Shown: positions 47,002 to 57,194, counted from the stretch's first letter. The stretch: DNA of 64,000 nucleotides from Minisyncoccota bacterium (GCA_036517255.1 DATDXE010000017.1:39599-103598), one strand, 5' to 3'. Program-made: numbers and translations. Notes: generated from the letters alone by a model not told the origin.

Positions 47002-47463
47002 ATGCCTCCATTTAAATTATTTAAAAAAGTAAACCAAGAGATAAAATATAAGACTGAGAATAATGAGGACGGTCTTTATATTTATATACTCTTTCCTATT
47101 GCCTTCATCTTCCTGCTTACCTTCATGGGAGCCAGGATAATTAGTCATATAAACCCGGACTTACACATCCCATGGTGGGGGGTGCACGTGCACCATTATG
47201 CTTATGGTTTTTTCATTCTTGCGGCAGCTGGATATCTTTCCCTAGTTTTTTCTGGACCTAGGGCAAAATATTGGATAGCCATGCTGCACGGTTTTGGCCT
47301 TGGTCTTTCTTTCGATGAGTTTGGTATCTGGCTCCATCTCTCCGATGATGATTTGGCCAGATGGAGTTATGATGGTTTTCTCATCATCATTGGCCTTATC
47401 GTACTTATCCTCTCTGCCAAAAGAGGCATCAGATTCATTAAAAATTTTATCCCTTTCACCTAA
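47002..47463 (+). CDS. Membrane protein with HxHHY motif
   Basis: Four TM segments, HVHHYAYG, FDEF. Confidence 0.7.
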   Translation: MPPFKLFKKVNQEIKYKTENNEDGLYIYILFPIAFIFLLTFMGARIISHINPDLHIPWWGVHVHHYAYGFFILAAAGYLSLVFSGPRAKYWIAMLHGFGLGLSFDEFGIWLHLSDDDLARWSYDGFLIIIGLIVLILSAKRGIRFIKNFIPFT

Positions 47464-47472
47464 ATTAACCAA

Positions 47473-47516
47473 TAACCAAGGATGACCCTTGGTATACCAA
47501 GGGTCATCCTTGGTTA
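47473..47516. repeat. Palindrome family A doublet: perfect 44-bp palindrome between convergent genes
   Basis: taaccaaggatgacccttggta|taccaagggtcatccttggtta. Confidence 0.95.
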
Positions 47517-47519
47517 AGC

Positions 47520-48797
47520 CTATCGGCCTAGGATAGAATCTAAAGTGTTTTTCTTTACTACTAACCTTGCAGGAACAAAGCCGGCGATGATAGTGGCGAG
47601 TATGATGAGGAAGGCGCGTAAGAAAGTGCCTGGGACTTCAGCTACTAATATGCCGTCGGAGAATGGGAAGTTGATCGGATGAGCAGCGAAGAATGGCACC
47701 ATAAATCCGTAAAGGAGGGTCATGCCTATAAAGATGCCTAGAGTGGCATAGAAGACTGATTGCAAAACGTATGATATCTCGATCGCTCCTGGAGCAATAC
47801 CGATACCTTTCATAATACCGATAAATTTTCTTCTTGTAATCGCGTTAATAAATACTACGATGAAGATGGTAATAGAGGCGACGACCAGGCTGATCGAGCC
47901 CATGACGTTTCCGAGCATGCCAAAAGTATTTTGAATATCGAGTAGGAACTTCGGCAGTGATTCCTGCCAGGTTTGTACTCGCGATGTTTCCCCTACCCCG
48001 GCTTTAAGCAGAGCTTCTTTTACTAAATAAGGGTCACTTCCTGGTTTTAATTTGATCGCAATTTCGTCCACATTAAAATCGCCTCTTCCGATAAGTGGTC
48101 GTAAACTTCTATCAAGCATAAATATTCGCATGTCGATAGAATCTGTTTTAGATTGCACGATGCCTTTTATCATTACTTCTTTGGTATTACCGCCTACAGT
48201 AAGTCGTACTCTGTCGCCCACAGCTACGTTTTCTAGGAGGGGAAATCCCGGAATGTCGACCGGTAAATATTTTTTAGTTAGGTTGGCGCCGATTAAGATA
48301 GCGTCGGCATCGCCGGAATTAAGGTAGGAACCCTCGATGATTTTGGAAGCCAGATGAGTTGTCGCATCTTCTGTATCAGGATCAATACCAGCGACTACTC
48401 CCCCAGCACTATTTGGATCATCGGCAAGGCGCACTCTTGCTTTGTAATTGGCCTCGATACTTCCTGATTCCATATATCGAGCCGCCACATTTTCCACCCA
48501 AGGCATATTTTTGATCGTGCTCAGTATCGCTGGGCTGTTTTCAATATAATTTTTCTTAGTCAGGTTTGTGATCAAAATATCACCCGAATAATTTTCTACA
48601 TACACGTCAGTCGAACCTTGAAGTAATCCGACTAATATTCCACGCACCACTACTAAATTTAAGAACGTGAGCGTCATCACAAATATAATCAAAAAAGTCG
48701 TCGATTTCCCCGACCTCTTCAGTTGCCGCAGGGCCAAAAAGAACCCAACTTCCATATTGGTTCCCCACCTATTTATTTTTTTAGTTATTCTTTCCAT
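47520..48797 (-). CDS. ABC permease, FtsX/MacB family
   Basis: TM1, large extracytoplasmic domain, RRKFIGIMKGIG, GFVPAR. Confidence 0.88.
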   Translation of the reverse strand: MERITKKINRWGTNMEVGFFLALRQLKRSGKSTTFLIIFVMTLTFLNLVVVRGILVGLLQGSTDVYVENYSGDILITNLTKKNYIENSPAILSTIKNMPWVENVAARYMESGSIEANYKARVRLADDPNSAGGVVAGIDPDTEDATTHLASKIIEGSYLNSGDADAILIGANLTKKYLPVDIPGFPLLENVAVGDRVRLTVGGNTKEVMIKGIVQSKTDSIDMRIFMLDRSLRPLIGRGDFNVDEIAIKLKPGSDPYLVKEALLKAGVGETSRVQTWQESLPKFLLDIQNTFGMLGNVMGSISLVVASITIFIVVFINAITRRKFIGIMKGIGIAPGAIEISYVLQSVFYATLGIFIGMTLLYGFMVPFFAAHPINFPFSDGILVAEVPGTFLRAFLIILATIIAGFVPARLVVKKNTLDSILGR

Positions 48798-49271
48798 TTA
48801 CTTCAACCCTTTGCAGTTTGCCGCTGGAGTATAGCCTGCAGCTCGGGCTTCGTCGATAGAGGTAAAGGTAATTTTATTTTTATCTGATATTTGTTTGGCT
48901 CCAGCACATGTCGGCAGGTGGTACTTGGTGCCGTTTTTTGACGCCACTACCTCAATTTTCCCCAAAGCCTCTTCTTGAGGAATTGTGGCCGCCGCAGGTT
49001 GAGTATTTTTTATAACAGAGGTCTTATTTTTTTCTATATCTTGTTCTTGGTTCTTGATACTTGATACTAAATTTTCTTTTTCTTGCACTACTCTCACTGG
49101 TTCCTTCTCGCTCCTTATTGCAGTAAATCGACCCACACAAAAAGCACTTATTGCTACCAACACTACTACTGCGACCCACCACCAAGTACTTCCCAGAAAC
49201 TTTTCAAACTTGGATTTTAGGCTGTTTTCCTCTTTTTTTTCTAGATCATCTATATTTGCATATTCTTCCAT
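48798..49271 (-). CDS. Membrane-anchored protein with Ada-type metal-binding domain
   Basis: ASKNGTKYHLPTC...F.SIDEARAAGYTPAANC. Confidence 0.75.
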   Translation of the reverse strand: MEEYANIDDLEKKEENSLKSKFEKFLGSTWWWVAVVVLVAISAFCVGRFTAIRSEKEPVRVVQEKENLVSSIKNQEQDIEKNKTSVIKNTQPAAATIPQEEALGKIEVVASKNGTKYHLPTCAGAKQISDKNKITFTSIDEARAAGYTPAANCKGLK

Positions 49272-49294
49272 ATTAGTTTATTATACATCCCAAT

Positions 49295-49567
49295 ATGGCA
49301 CATAAGAAAGCAGCAGGTTCAACTAAAAATGGTAGAGATTCAGGCCCTCAATATCTCGGGGTCAAACTTGGTGCTGGTTCTGTGGCTCAAATCGGCTCTG
49401 TTATTATCCGCCAACGCGGCTCTGCTATCCTACCTGGTAAAAATGTAAAAATGGGTCGCGACCACACCATTTTTTCCTTGAAAGAGGGTAAAGTAGAATT
49501 TTCCTCAAAACGCAAGACTCATTTCGACGGTAAGATTATGGTGAAGAAACTTGTGAGTGTGGTGTAA
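49295..49567 (+). CDS. rpmA: 50S ribosomal protein L27
   Basis: [29 protein letters not shown]. Confidence 0.98.
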   Translation: MAHKKAAGSTKNGRDSGPQYLGVKLGAGSVAQIGSVIIRQRGSAILPGKNVKMGRDHTIFSLKEGKVEFSSKRKTHFDGKIMVKKLVSVV

Positions 49568-50240
49568 GTATATATTTCTTATACCTCACCCCTCTATATA
49601 AGAGCCAGATAATAGCCACGGCGATGGCGAAACGCAGACCTATCAGTTTTATTGTATTTTCTCCTATCACAAAGGCTAAGATGCCCCAGAAGGCACTCCA
49701 TGCGATTATTGTTGGTATGGAATAAAGAAGGAATTTTTTAAATGGAAAATGTAGTATGCCGGCTGATGTAGAAATGAGCGCGGCCAAATTTGGATGCCAG
49801 TAACTCAAGAATATTGCTTTCTTACCGTATTGAGTCAGTTTATTTTGAGCGTCTTCTATCGGTTTTTGAAGCCCAAATTTTAGGAGGATCTTGTACCAAC
49901 CGTATTTTCCAAGTAGATAGTTGCAGGTATAGGCAATGGTGAGGCCGAGACTCACGAGAGTGATGACCAAAGTGACAGCCATTTTATTATTCCCGGCGAA
50001 TATTACCCCCAGGAAAATGACCAAACTCCCTGGGTAATAGAGCCCAGCGAAGAGCATCCCCTCTATAATCGCACTTGCAAGTACTATCCAATATCCATAG
50101 AGGTCGAAATAGTGTCGAGTCGCTAGTATAAGTTCTGTGTCGTTTGGTAAGCCCGACTTTTTCCAAAAAATCCACAACAAAGTAAATACGACGAGGAGTA
50201 CTAAGGGCGCCCCCACTACTCTCCAAATATTCCTAATCAT
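49536..50240 (-). CDS. DedA-family membrane protein
   Basis: [35 protein letters not shown]. Confidence 0.8.
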   Translation of the reverse strand: MIRNIWRVVGAPLVLLVVFTLLWIFWKKSGLPNDTELILATRHYFDLYGYWIVLASAIIEGMLFAGLYYPGSLVIFLGVIFAGNNKMAVTLVITLVSLGLTIAYTCNYLLGKYGWYKILLKFGLQKPIEDAQNKLTQYGKKAIFLSYWHPNLAALISTSAGILHFPFKKFLLYSIPTIIAWSAFWGILAFVIGENTIKLIGLRFAIAVAIIWLLYRGVRYKKYILTPHSQVSSP

Positions 50241-50310
50241 GCTTTTATCTTATCATCTTATTGACTTAATAAATTCTTGTAGTATCCTTTTTTATCGGAG
50301 GGAAAAAACT

Positions 50311-50550
50311 ATGAAGTTTAGCTTGTATCGGGTCGCTCTCGCGTGCCTTATTGGCGACTTTGGGTCGGCACTGGTTGGGGTGCTCGGCAGCGAGGCAAAC
50401 AGTGCGAGGCGTCTAATGGTTCAGACTGTGGACCATGTGCTTTTTACAATCTTCGTGATTCTCATTTCTTACCAACTCATCTGTGATATCGTGGATCGGA
50501 AGAATAAAGCCGATGCTCCGGATGATGGACATGGTGAGCAAACAGGTTGA
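50311..50550 (+). CDS. Small two-TM hypothetical protein (orphan cassette)
   Basis: GGAGG upstream, TTGACT promoter element, hairpin 50557-50580 downstream. Confidence 0.6.
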   Translation: MKFSLYRVALACLIGDFGSALVGVLGSEANSARRLMVQTVDHVLFTIFVILISYQLICDIVDRKNKADAPDDGHGEQTG

Positions 50551-50587
50551 GAAGCGGGGGCGTGGAGAGATCCGCGCCCCTTCCGTT

Positions 50588-51031
50588 TTATAATGCCTCA
50601 ACTGATAGAACAAGTTCAGCTTTCTTACCTTCGGTTTTGATTTCTATTCTATGCTCTCCAATTTCTTTTAGCATCCCTTTCATCAGCAAAGATTCTTCCG
50701 GCAATTTGATATTAGTTTGTTCTTCGATTGCTTTTAGAACTTCTGTTTTGTGAATGCCAGCAAACAAATGTCCTGCTTCACTTGCTTTTGATTTGATTAC
50801 AATTTTCTTTTCTGAAAGAGATTCAATGTTTTTTTCCAAGAGTTCTTCTTGAATTTTTCTTTCTTCTTCATCTCTACTTCTCTCTATTTTTAATCTCGCC
50901 ACTTCTTTCTCTGTCGCTACTACTCCCATTTTCCTCGGCAACAAAAAATTCTGCGCATAACCCTCCGCTACATCCTTCACATCTCCCTTCCTTCCTATTC
51001 CCGCTATATCTTTTAGCAAAATTACTTTCAT
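50588..51031 (-). CDS. rplI: 50S ribosomal protein L9
   Basis: MKVILLKDIAGIGRKGDVKDVAEGYAQNFLLPR. Confidence 0.97.
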   Translation of the reverse strand: MKVILLKDIAGIGRKGDVKDVAEGYAQNFLLPRKMGVVATEKEVARLKIERSRDEEERKIQEELLEKNIESLSEKKIVIKSKASEAGHLFAGIHKTEVLKAIEEQTNIKLPEESLLMKGMLKEIGEHRIEIKTEGKKAELVLSVEAL

Positions 51032-51032
51032 A

Positions 51033-51314
51033 TTATCCTAACTCGGCTATATCCTTATCTAAAAGATAATACTCTTTTAGAGTAGCTTCTGCTCTTGGAT
51101 CGTCAAAAGGAATAAATTCAAGTTTGCTATCTTCTCTTTTTTTACCGAACCAAAGATGTTTATCACCTGGAGCTGGGTTAGGGTTGATATACATACCTCT
51201 GTCAGGACCGATTCTATTTTGATGAGCAATAACTTCCCTAGCCGCATCCCTTGCTTCTATTTCTTGAGGGCTATTTTCTGGAGAGTCTGCTGTTGGTTGT
51301 GAATTGAAACTCAT
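51033..51314 (-). CDS. Hypothetical protein
   Basis: 93-aa ORF abutting rplI. Confidence 0.55.
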   Translation of the reverse strand: MSFNSQPTADSPENSPQEIEARDAAREVIAHQNRIGPDRGMYINPNPAPGDKHLWFGKKREDSKLEFIPFDDPRAEATLKEYYLLDKDIAELG

Positions 51315-51443
51315 GAATTATAAATTACCTATAATGGAATCATTCTAACCCAATCCTATATATAATTAAAGCTAAAATTGGGTTTAGGGTATTTAACTTG
51401 ACAAGTACCCCAATTTGGGTGTATAATACAGGAGGTAAATCCA

Positions 51444-52211
51444 TTGCCAAAACCTTGGCTATCGGTAGAGGTGAAGTGCTTTTCCAGAGGAACGCAAACC
51501 CACTGGATCGAGACACATAGTCTCCACCTCGTAGTAACTTGTCAAAGGCAAAATCTCTCGAAAGGAGATAGTAGTATGAAAACCAAAAGTGCAATTTTCC
51601 AGATGTACGCCCCAACGGACAGCGAGGTTCCCTCGCATGAATCCGGCCCGGGCCTGCCGGTGGTGTTATTTTTGGCTTTTGTTGCTGTGGTGGTTGGAGT
51701 TATTTACTCTCTGCATACCAACAAAGAGGGATACTCCCTGGCGGCTCTAGTGATGTTGGTTGCCTTAGAGGCTATGTGCCTCTGCACCATCATAATCCTC
51801 CTCCTCGACAAAAAACGGGGCGGGTGGGAGAGGCTTACCACAGATTACAAGCTCCGCATCGTGCAAGCAAAGGCTGACGAGCTCCAATATCTTTTGGGGT
51901 GGCACTTCGCCAAGGACCTACTCTTCAGGATGACCGAGGAGGAAATCCGAGAACGCGCCCACTCTGTATTGCTCTGGGCCGTGAAGGACATTTTGGAAGC
52001 CCAGAGCAACCGGAGTGGGATCCCAAGGATCGATTCGCCCACGGTTCGTCAGTATATCGACGAAGCCACCAATTCTCACAGATCAGGACTCGAAGCCGAC
52101 CTCGGAAAACTCTATGATGGTCTGCTTCGATTCGGAGTCGTCGAGTCGGGCGGGTACGGCAAGTACTTCGATGAGGTGCGGGAAAAGTATCCGCACCTCT
52201 CTGAAATGTAG
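51444..52211 (+). CDS. Hypothetical membrane protein (orphan cassette); alternative start 51576
   Basis: TTGACA-18-TATAAT, AGGAGG before TTG; second SD before ATG 51576; hairpin 52241-52266. Confidence 0.65.
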   Translation: MPKPWLSVEVKCFSRGTQTHWIETHSLHLVVTCQRQNLSKGDSSMKTKSAIFQMYAPTDSEVPSHESGPGLPVVLFLAFVAVVVGVIYSLHTNKEGYSLAALVMLVALEAMCLCTIIILLLDKKRGGWERLTTDYKLRIVQAKADELQYLLGWHFAKDLLFRMTEEEIRERAHSVLLWAVKDILEAQSNRSGIPRIDSPTVRQYIDEATNSHRSGLEADLGKLYDGLLRFGVVESGGYGKYFDEVREKYPHLSEM

Positions 52212-52264
52212 TTGTGTAGGAGTAACTCTCCAGCACACCAAGGGCCGCGCGGCAACGCGCGGCC

Positions 52265-53530
52265 CTATTTCGTATTCAAAAACTCCACCGCTCTCTCTAG
52301 TACCCTGTCCTTACCAGAAGCTACATCTTCCGCCGTATTTTTTATTTCTATTTTAGGCAACAGGCCCCCATTTGATATCGAGTTACCGAGCGGGGTGAGC
52401 CAGTGAGCGATAGTCACTTTAAGTGATGTGTCCCCTGTTATATCGACGAGTTCCTGCACCGAACCTTTCCCAAATGTTTTTTCACCGATAAGAACGGCTT
52501 TGCCGTGCTCACTCAAAGCTCCAGCCAAAATTTCGGAAGCTGAGGCTGAACCGCCATTTACTAGGATGACAAATTTCAAATTTTTGTTGAATATATCGTA
52601 ACCATAACTCCTATGTTCTACATTTTCTCTCTTACCTCCAAAATCTTCCGACACGATTATCTCTCCAGTTGGCAGGAACCAGCTTGCCATCGATACTGCC
52701 GCTTCCAAGTAACCTCCTGGATTATTGCGTAAATCCAAGATTAATTTATCTGAACCTGATTCGACGAATTGTCGGAGAGCTTGTCTGAACAAATTTGCTG
52801 AATTTTCGGAGAAGCTGAAAAGTTGTATGAGGTAGGCTCCGCTTGGAAGTTTTTTGTAATCAATAGTTGGGATGTTGATCGTATCGCGAACTATACTTTT
52901 TACTAGTGGTTCTTTCACTCCGTCCCGAGCGAAAGTGATAGTGACAGCAGTTCCCTGCTCTCCTCTTATGAGTGAAATAGCTTCTTCGGTCGACATTTTC
53001 ACTGCGTTGGTGTCGCCTATCTGCAATATTTTATCGCCCGCTTTTACTCCAGCTTTCTCCGCTGGAGTATCTTTGAGTGGAGCGATGACAGTCAGGATGC
53101 CGCTTTGTGAAGCGATTTCCATACCTACTCCACTAAACGAACCTCTTATTTCTTCGGCAAACATTTTTGATTCGACTGGAGGAAAGAAAACAGTGTAAGG
53201 GTCGCCATAAGCGGAGGCCAAACCTTCGATCGCTCCCCAAACTTTTTTGTCGGAGGTTAGAGCAGTCGTGTTGGTACTTGTCGAAGATACAAATTTTTCT
53301 TCGAGTACCCTCCAAGTTTCCCAAAATGGATCAAAATTTACATCAGCTATTTCGCTCTCTGGAACTCCGCCTATGTTTATGACAGCTCTTTTTTCTTCTT
53401 TCCCTTTTCCAAAATAAAAACCAGCGCCAAATATGAGGCCGATCAAAGCTATGGAAACAAATGTCTGGGTCAGGGTGCCCTTGTATGTGGATAAAGGCGA
53501 GGCGGTAAATTTCTCTTTAATATTGAACAT
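52265..53530 (-). CDS. ctpA: S41 carboxy-terminal processing protease
   Basis: DPYT, GVG PDZ, LDLRNNPGG, SASASEI, TFGKGSVQ. Confidence 0.93.
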   Translation of the reverse strand: MFNIKEKFTASPLSTYKGTLTQTFVSIALIGLIFGAGFYFGKGKEEKRAVINIGGVPESEIADVNFDPFWETWRVLEEKFVSSTSTNTTALTSDKKVWGAIEGLASAYGDPYTVFFPPVESKMFAEEIRGSFSGVGMEIASQSGILTVIAPLKDTPAEKAGVKAGDKILQIGDTNAVKMSTEEAISLIRGEQGTAVTITFARDGVKEPLVKSIVRDTINIPTIDYKKLPSGAYLIQLFSFSENSANLFRQALRQFVESGSDKLILDLRNNPGGYLEAAVSMASWFLPTGEIIVSEDFGGKRENVEHRSYGYDIFNKNLKFVILVNGGSASASEILAGALSEHGKAVLIGEKTFGKGSVQELVDITGDTSLKVTIAHWLTPLGNSISNGGLLPKIEIKNTAEDVASGKDRVLERAVEFLNTK

Positions 53531-53547
53531 TGATACAATTGTATCAA
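53530..53547. promoter_or_regulatory. Palindromic bidirectional extended -10 promoter
   Basis: TTGATACAA|TTGTATCAA gives TGaTACAAT on both strands between divergent starts. Confidence 0.7.
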
Positions 53548-53548
53548 A

Positions 53549-54454
53549 GTGATCACTCATTATCAAAAAAAATATTCTTCTTGGCTCGATGTTAGTTTGC
53601 CTCAAAAGGAAGAGATAGAGAAAATTATGCGTGAATACGGACTCGATTCTTCCATCGCAAATGATTTGTTGCATCCTACTCCCAAGCCGAAAGTAGTTGC
53701 TTCAGGCGACAAGCTCTACACCGTGGTCCATATTCCTGTTCTTAAACACAGTCACTCTGGTACAAGTAGTGAACAGGAAATAGATTTCGTCATTGGTCGT
53801 AAAGTTCTTATTACTGTGCGCTATGACACGATCGACGCTCTTTATAAATATGCCAAAGAATCGGAAGTGAAGGAGATGCTCGAACGCGAGGAAGGCGGTA
53901 ACCACACTTTCGTAGAAATCATGACAGGAATTTATACCTGCCTTTTTGATGAACTTTTATTCATTGAAGATAGATTAAATGGTATAGAGAAAAAAATATT
54001 TCAAGGAAAAGAAAAAGAGATGGTTCTCCATATATCCAAAGTTGGTCGCGACCTACTTAATTTTAGAAGGGTGATCGAGCCTCATGGACAGATGTTTGCT
54101 GAACTGAAGCTTCTCGGTACTGAAGTTTTAGGTAAGAAGTTTAATACTGAAATGGATGAACTTATCGAGGAATGGCAGCGTTTGGTAAAATCGGCTAACG
54201 ATCATGCTAATTTCCTTTCAGAACTTCGAGAGACGAATAATTCCCTTCTTTCTACCAAACAGAATGAAGTGATGAAAACTCTCACCGTTCTCGCTTCTAT
54301 GACTATTCCCGCTTCTATTATCGCTTCCATCTTCAACATGGCAGTCGATCTGCCCCTGGTTGACCGGGCAGACGCTTTCTATATAATCATCGCCAGCATG
54401 ATAGGGCTTTCGCTCTGCATGTTTGCCTTCTTCAAAATAAAAAAGTGGCTATAG
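53549..54454 (+). CDS. corA: CorA-family divalent cation transporter
   Basis: NEVMKTLTV, FNM (GMN variant), two C-terminal TM segments. Confidence 0.85.
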   Translation: MITHYQKKYSSWLDVSLPQKEEIEKIMREYGLDSSIANDLLHPTPKPKVVASGDKLYTVVHIPVLKHSHSGTSSEQEIDFVIGRKVLITVRYDTIDALYKYAKESEVKEMLEREEGGNHTFVEIMTGIYTCLFDELLFIEDRLNGIEKKIFQGKEKEMVLHISKVGRDLLNFRRVIEPHGQMFAELKLLGTEVLGKKFNTEMDELIEEWQRLVKSANDHANFLSELRETNNSLLSTKQNEVMKTLTVLASMTIPASIIASIFNMAVDLPLVDRADAFYIIIASMIGLSLCMFAFFKIKKWL

Positions 54455-54570
54455 GATTAATTTCTAATTTTTAGTTCCTAATTTTTATTTAATTATTAAT
54501 GTGTTAATGTTTGGAAATTCCTAAATTTAGTCATTGATTAAAAATTTTAAATTAAAAATTGAAAATTAAG

Positions 54571-56004
54571 ATGGATATCAAACTTCAGAACACACTTACG
54601 GGAGAGAAGGAAAGATTCTCGTCAATATCTGATGGCACAGTCAGTATGTATCACTGCGGACCGACAGTTTACGGTAGGCAGCATATTGGCAACCTCTCCA
54701 TGTTTGTTTTCACCGATGTTTTGCGAAGAACTTTTGAGTATTTTGATTATAAAGTAAATCAAGTGATAAATATTACTGACTTCGGACACCTTTCTGGTGA
54801 CAACGAAGGTAATGCCGATATAGGGGAAGATAAAATGACTAAAGGTTTGAAAGCTGAAGGTCTAGAAATAAATATGGAGAATATGAAAGTGCTGGCCAAA
54901 AAGTATGCGGACATTTTCAAAGCCGATCTGGAACAACTTAATATCAAGAAACCTTCCCACTTTCCTTTTGCATCTGACTATATAGAAGAGCAAAAAAAAC
55001 TAATAGAAAAATTAGAAGAAAAAGGTCTCGCTTATATTATTAGTGATGGAGTTTATTTTGATACGGAAAAGTTCCCAAATTATGGCAAGCTCGGCCCCCA
55101 CTCCGTCAAAGACTTCGCGGGGCAAGCAAGGATTAGTGAAAATCTGGAAAAGAAAAACCCTAAAGATTTTGTTTTATGGAAAATTTCAGAGGTTCCCCCG
55201 ATGTCTGACATAGGGAAACAGGAATTAGGTTGGGAGAGCAAATGGGGCCGAGGCTTCCCGGGTTGGCATATCGAATGTACCGCTATGATTTTTGCTTTGC
55301 TCGGTGAGCAGATTGATATCCATACCGGAGGGATCGAACACATAGGTGTACATCACAATAATGAAATCGCTCAGGCCGAAGCGGCGTCGGGCAAATCCCC
55401 TTTCTCCCGCTTCTGGCTGCACCGCGAACATATTCGCATTGACGACACGAAACTCTCAAAATCGACTGGCAACGTGCTCTACCTTTCTGACCTCAAAGAA
55501 CGCGGCATCCACCCGCTCTCTTACCGCTACTGGCTTTTGACTAGCCGCTACAACACCCCAAGCAATTTTACCTGGGAAGCTGTGGAGGGAGCGCAGGTGG
55601 CGCTTGAAAAAATCGTCGCGGAATATGCCGAAAAACCAAGGATGACCCTTGGTTCCGGAATTGCCGAAGGCGAACCAAAGGTCATCTTTAGTTTTTCTGA
55701 AGCTATTGCAGATGATCTCAATACTCCCGTTGCTATTGCTTTGCTTCAAGAAATAAATGACAAAGAAACTATAAATAAAATGGATCAGGTTTTGGGTTTA
55801 AACATAAAAAAATTAGCAGAACAGATTCGGGAAATCCCTGATGAAATAAAAGATTTACAAAAACAACGTGATGAGGCTCGCAAAAACAATGATTATAAAC
55901 TCTCCGATGAATTGCGCGACAAAATTGAGCATGCCGGTTTTATGGTAAAAGACACGGGCAATTCTAGTCTTATTTTAAGATCTCTCTCTACTATTGCCCA
56001 ATAA
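54571..56004 (+). CDS. cysS: Cysteine-tRNA ligase
   Basis: CGPTVY, HIGN, GFPGWHIEC, DIHTGG, HHNNE, KLSKS. Confidence 0.97.
   Translation: MDIKLQNTLTGEKERFSSISDGTVSMYHCGPTVYGRQHIGNLSMFVFTDVLRRTFEYFDYKVNQVINITDFGHLSGDNEGNADIGEDKMTKGLKAEGLEINMENMKVLAKKYADIFKADLEQLNIKKPSHFPFASDYIEEQKKLIEKLEEKGLAYIISDGVYFDTEKFPNYGKLGPHSVKDFAGQARISENLEKKNPKDFVLWKISEVPPMSDIGKQELGWESKWGRGFPGWHIECTAMIFALLGEQIDIHTGGIEHIGVHHNNEIAQAEAASGKSPFSRFWLHREHIRIDDTKLSKSTGNVLYLSDLKERGIHPLSYRYWLLTSRYNTPSNFTWEAVEGAQVALEKIVAEYAEKPRMTLGSGIAEGEPKVIFSFSEAIADDLNTPVAIALLQEINDKETINKMDQVLGLNIKKLAEQIREIPDEIKDLQKQRDEARKNNDYKLSDELRDKIEHAGFMVKDTGNSSLILRSLSTIAQ
55630..55697. repeat. Palindrome family A doublet, in frame in cysS
   Basis: 26-bp arms (3 differences) around a spacer with gccgaaggc; read as EKPRMTLGSGIAEGEPKVIFSFS. 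Confidence 0.88.
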
Positions 56005-56075
56005 ACTTGACGGATGATTATTAATTTGCTATAATACTAGAGGATAGGTAGTTTGTCAGTCTACAGGAGGGAAAC

Positions 56076-57194
56076 ATGAATCGTCTTTTGCAGGTGTTGT
56101 TTTTGCTTGTGCTACTCGTAGGGGTTACCCTAGTGGCACAAGAAGCGCCGGAAAACATCCCGATCATCGAGCCGGCCGGCGGGGACAACCCGACCGGAGG
56201 CACTTATTGCTTCATGGGCTACGTCCCCAAAGACGTGAACGCCTTGTGGCACATCGTCGGTTCGCGTTGGCGTGAGGCTCTTGCCCACCCCAAGAATGTG
56301 GTGTTACAGGAAGCCGAACGCGAGTTTACTAAGAAGGGAATGGTGTTCTACGCCATGAACCTCGGTGAATGCTTCTTCGTCCCTCCGGGGATGAAAGCAT
56401 ACGTTCCACTGATCGCGGAAGAAGTAGTCAAGTCCGACGGCGCGAGGAACGAGGGTGGTACGAACGCAACTTCTAACGAAGCGGCGATCGATACTCCGCC
56501 AATCGTTAGTGATTCCATTCTTTTGGGTGTGTTCTTCCTGTTTGTCGTGGTTCTTACGATTTTCGTTATTATTGAAGTCAAGAGAGATCGGACAAATCGG
56601 CTGGAAGCGCTCAATTGGGAGCGCGACCATCCCGCTGAAGCTGGTCCTCCTGTCATCGAAGGCGGAATGGAGCAGATCCGTGCGGTGGATCGAATCGAAG
56701 TCGCTACTGGCCTACTGCAGGATGTGGCCGCGGCGAGCTTCGTCCCGGATTCGAAACCTCGGGAATACCGGGTGATCGGAGAGATCGTCCGCGGTGTTCT
56801 CAACGGGACTGGGATGGTCCAATATGACGGCATCGATCCGCAGGAGAGAGTGTTTACCGACACTCCTGCTGTGCGGGCCCTCATGGAACACATCCCGACC
56901 GGGCAACGTGTTCACCGATTCGTCCTGTGGGCATGTGCCAACGGCGCGTGGTCGCAGATGATCGGCGGTGACGGGCTCACTTTCACTCCGACTCTCGATC
57001 AAAACGGCCTGCAGATTCGTCTCCAGACTCCTATCGTCCAGGCAACCGCCGCGGATGTTCAGAAGTATGGGGAGCCTGATTACGATCCCCGTTACGACAC
57101 TGTCGCGGCGGCCATGGGCAGAAATGAACCTCTCGTCCACCTGGCTGCCGATCTACCTCGTCGCAACCGAGTATTCATCGGGGGCGAACGGTAG
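56076..57194 (+). CDS. Hypothetical protein with signal peptide and internal TM (orphan, GC-richer)
   Basis: AGGAGG upstream, TGcTATAAT, hairpin 57220-57244. Confidence 0.75.
   Translation: MNRLLQVLFLLVLLVGVTLVAQEAPENIPIIEPAGGDNPTGGTYCFMGYVPKDVNALWHIVGSRWREALAHPKNVVLQEAEREFTKKGMVFYAMNLGECFFVPPGMKAYVPLIAEEVVKSDGARNEGGTNATSNEAAIDTPPIVSDSILLGVFFLFVVVLTIFVIIEVKRDRTNRLEALNWERDHPAEAGPPVIEGGMEQIRAVDRIEVATGLLQDVAAASFVPDSKPREYRVIGEIVRGVLNGTGMVQYDGIDPQERVFTDTPAVRALMEHIPTGQRVHRFVLWACANGAWSQMIGGDGLTFTPTLDQNGLQIRLQTPIVQATAADVQKYGEPDYDPRYDTVAAAMGRNEPLVHLAADLPRRNRVFIGGER

Noticed and set aside
53531-53674. Long N-terminus of ctpA overlapping corA
   Set aside because: ATG 53530 with a correctly spaced -10 box is more plausible.
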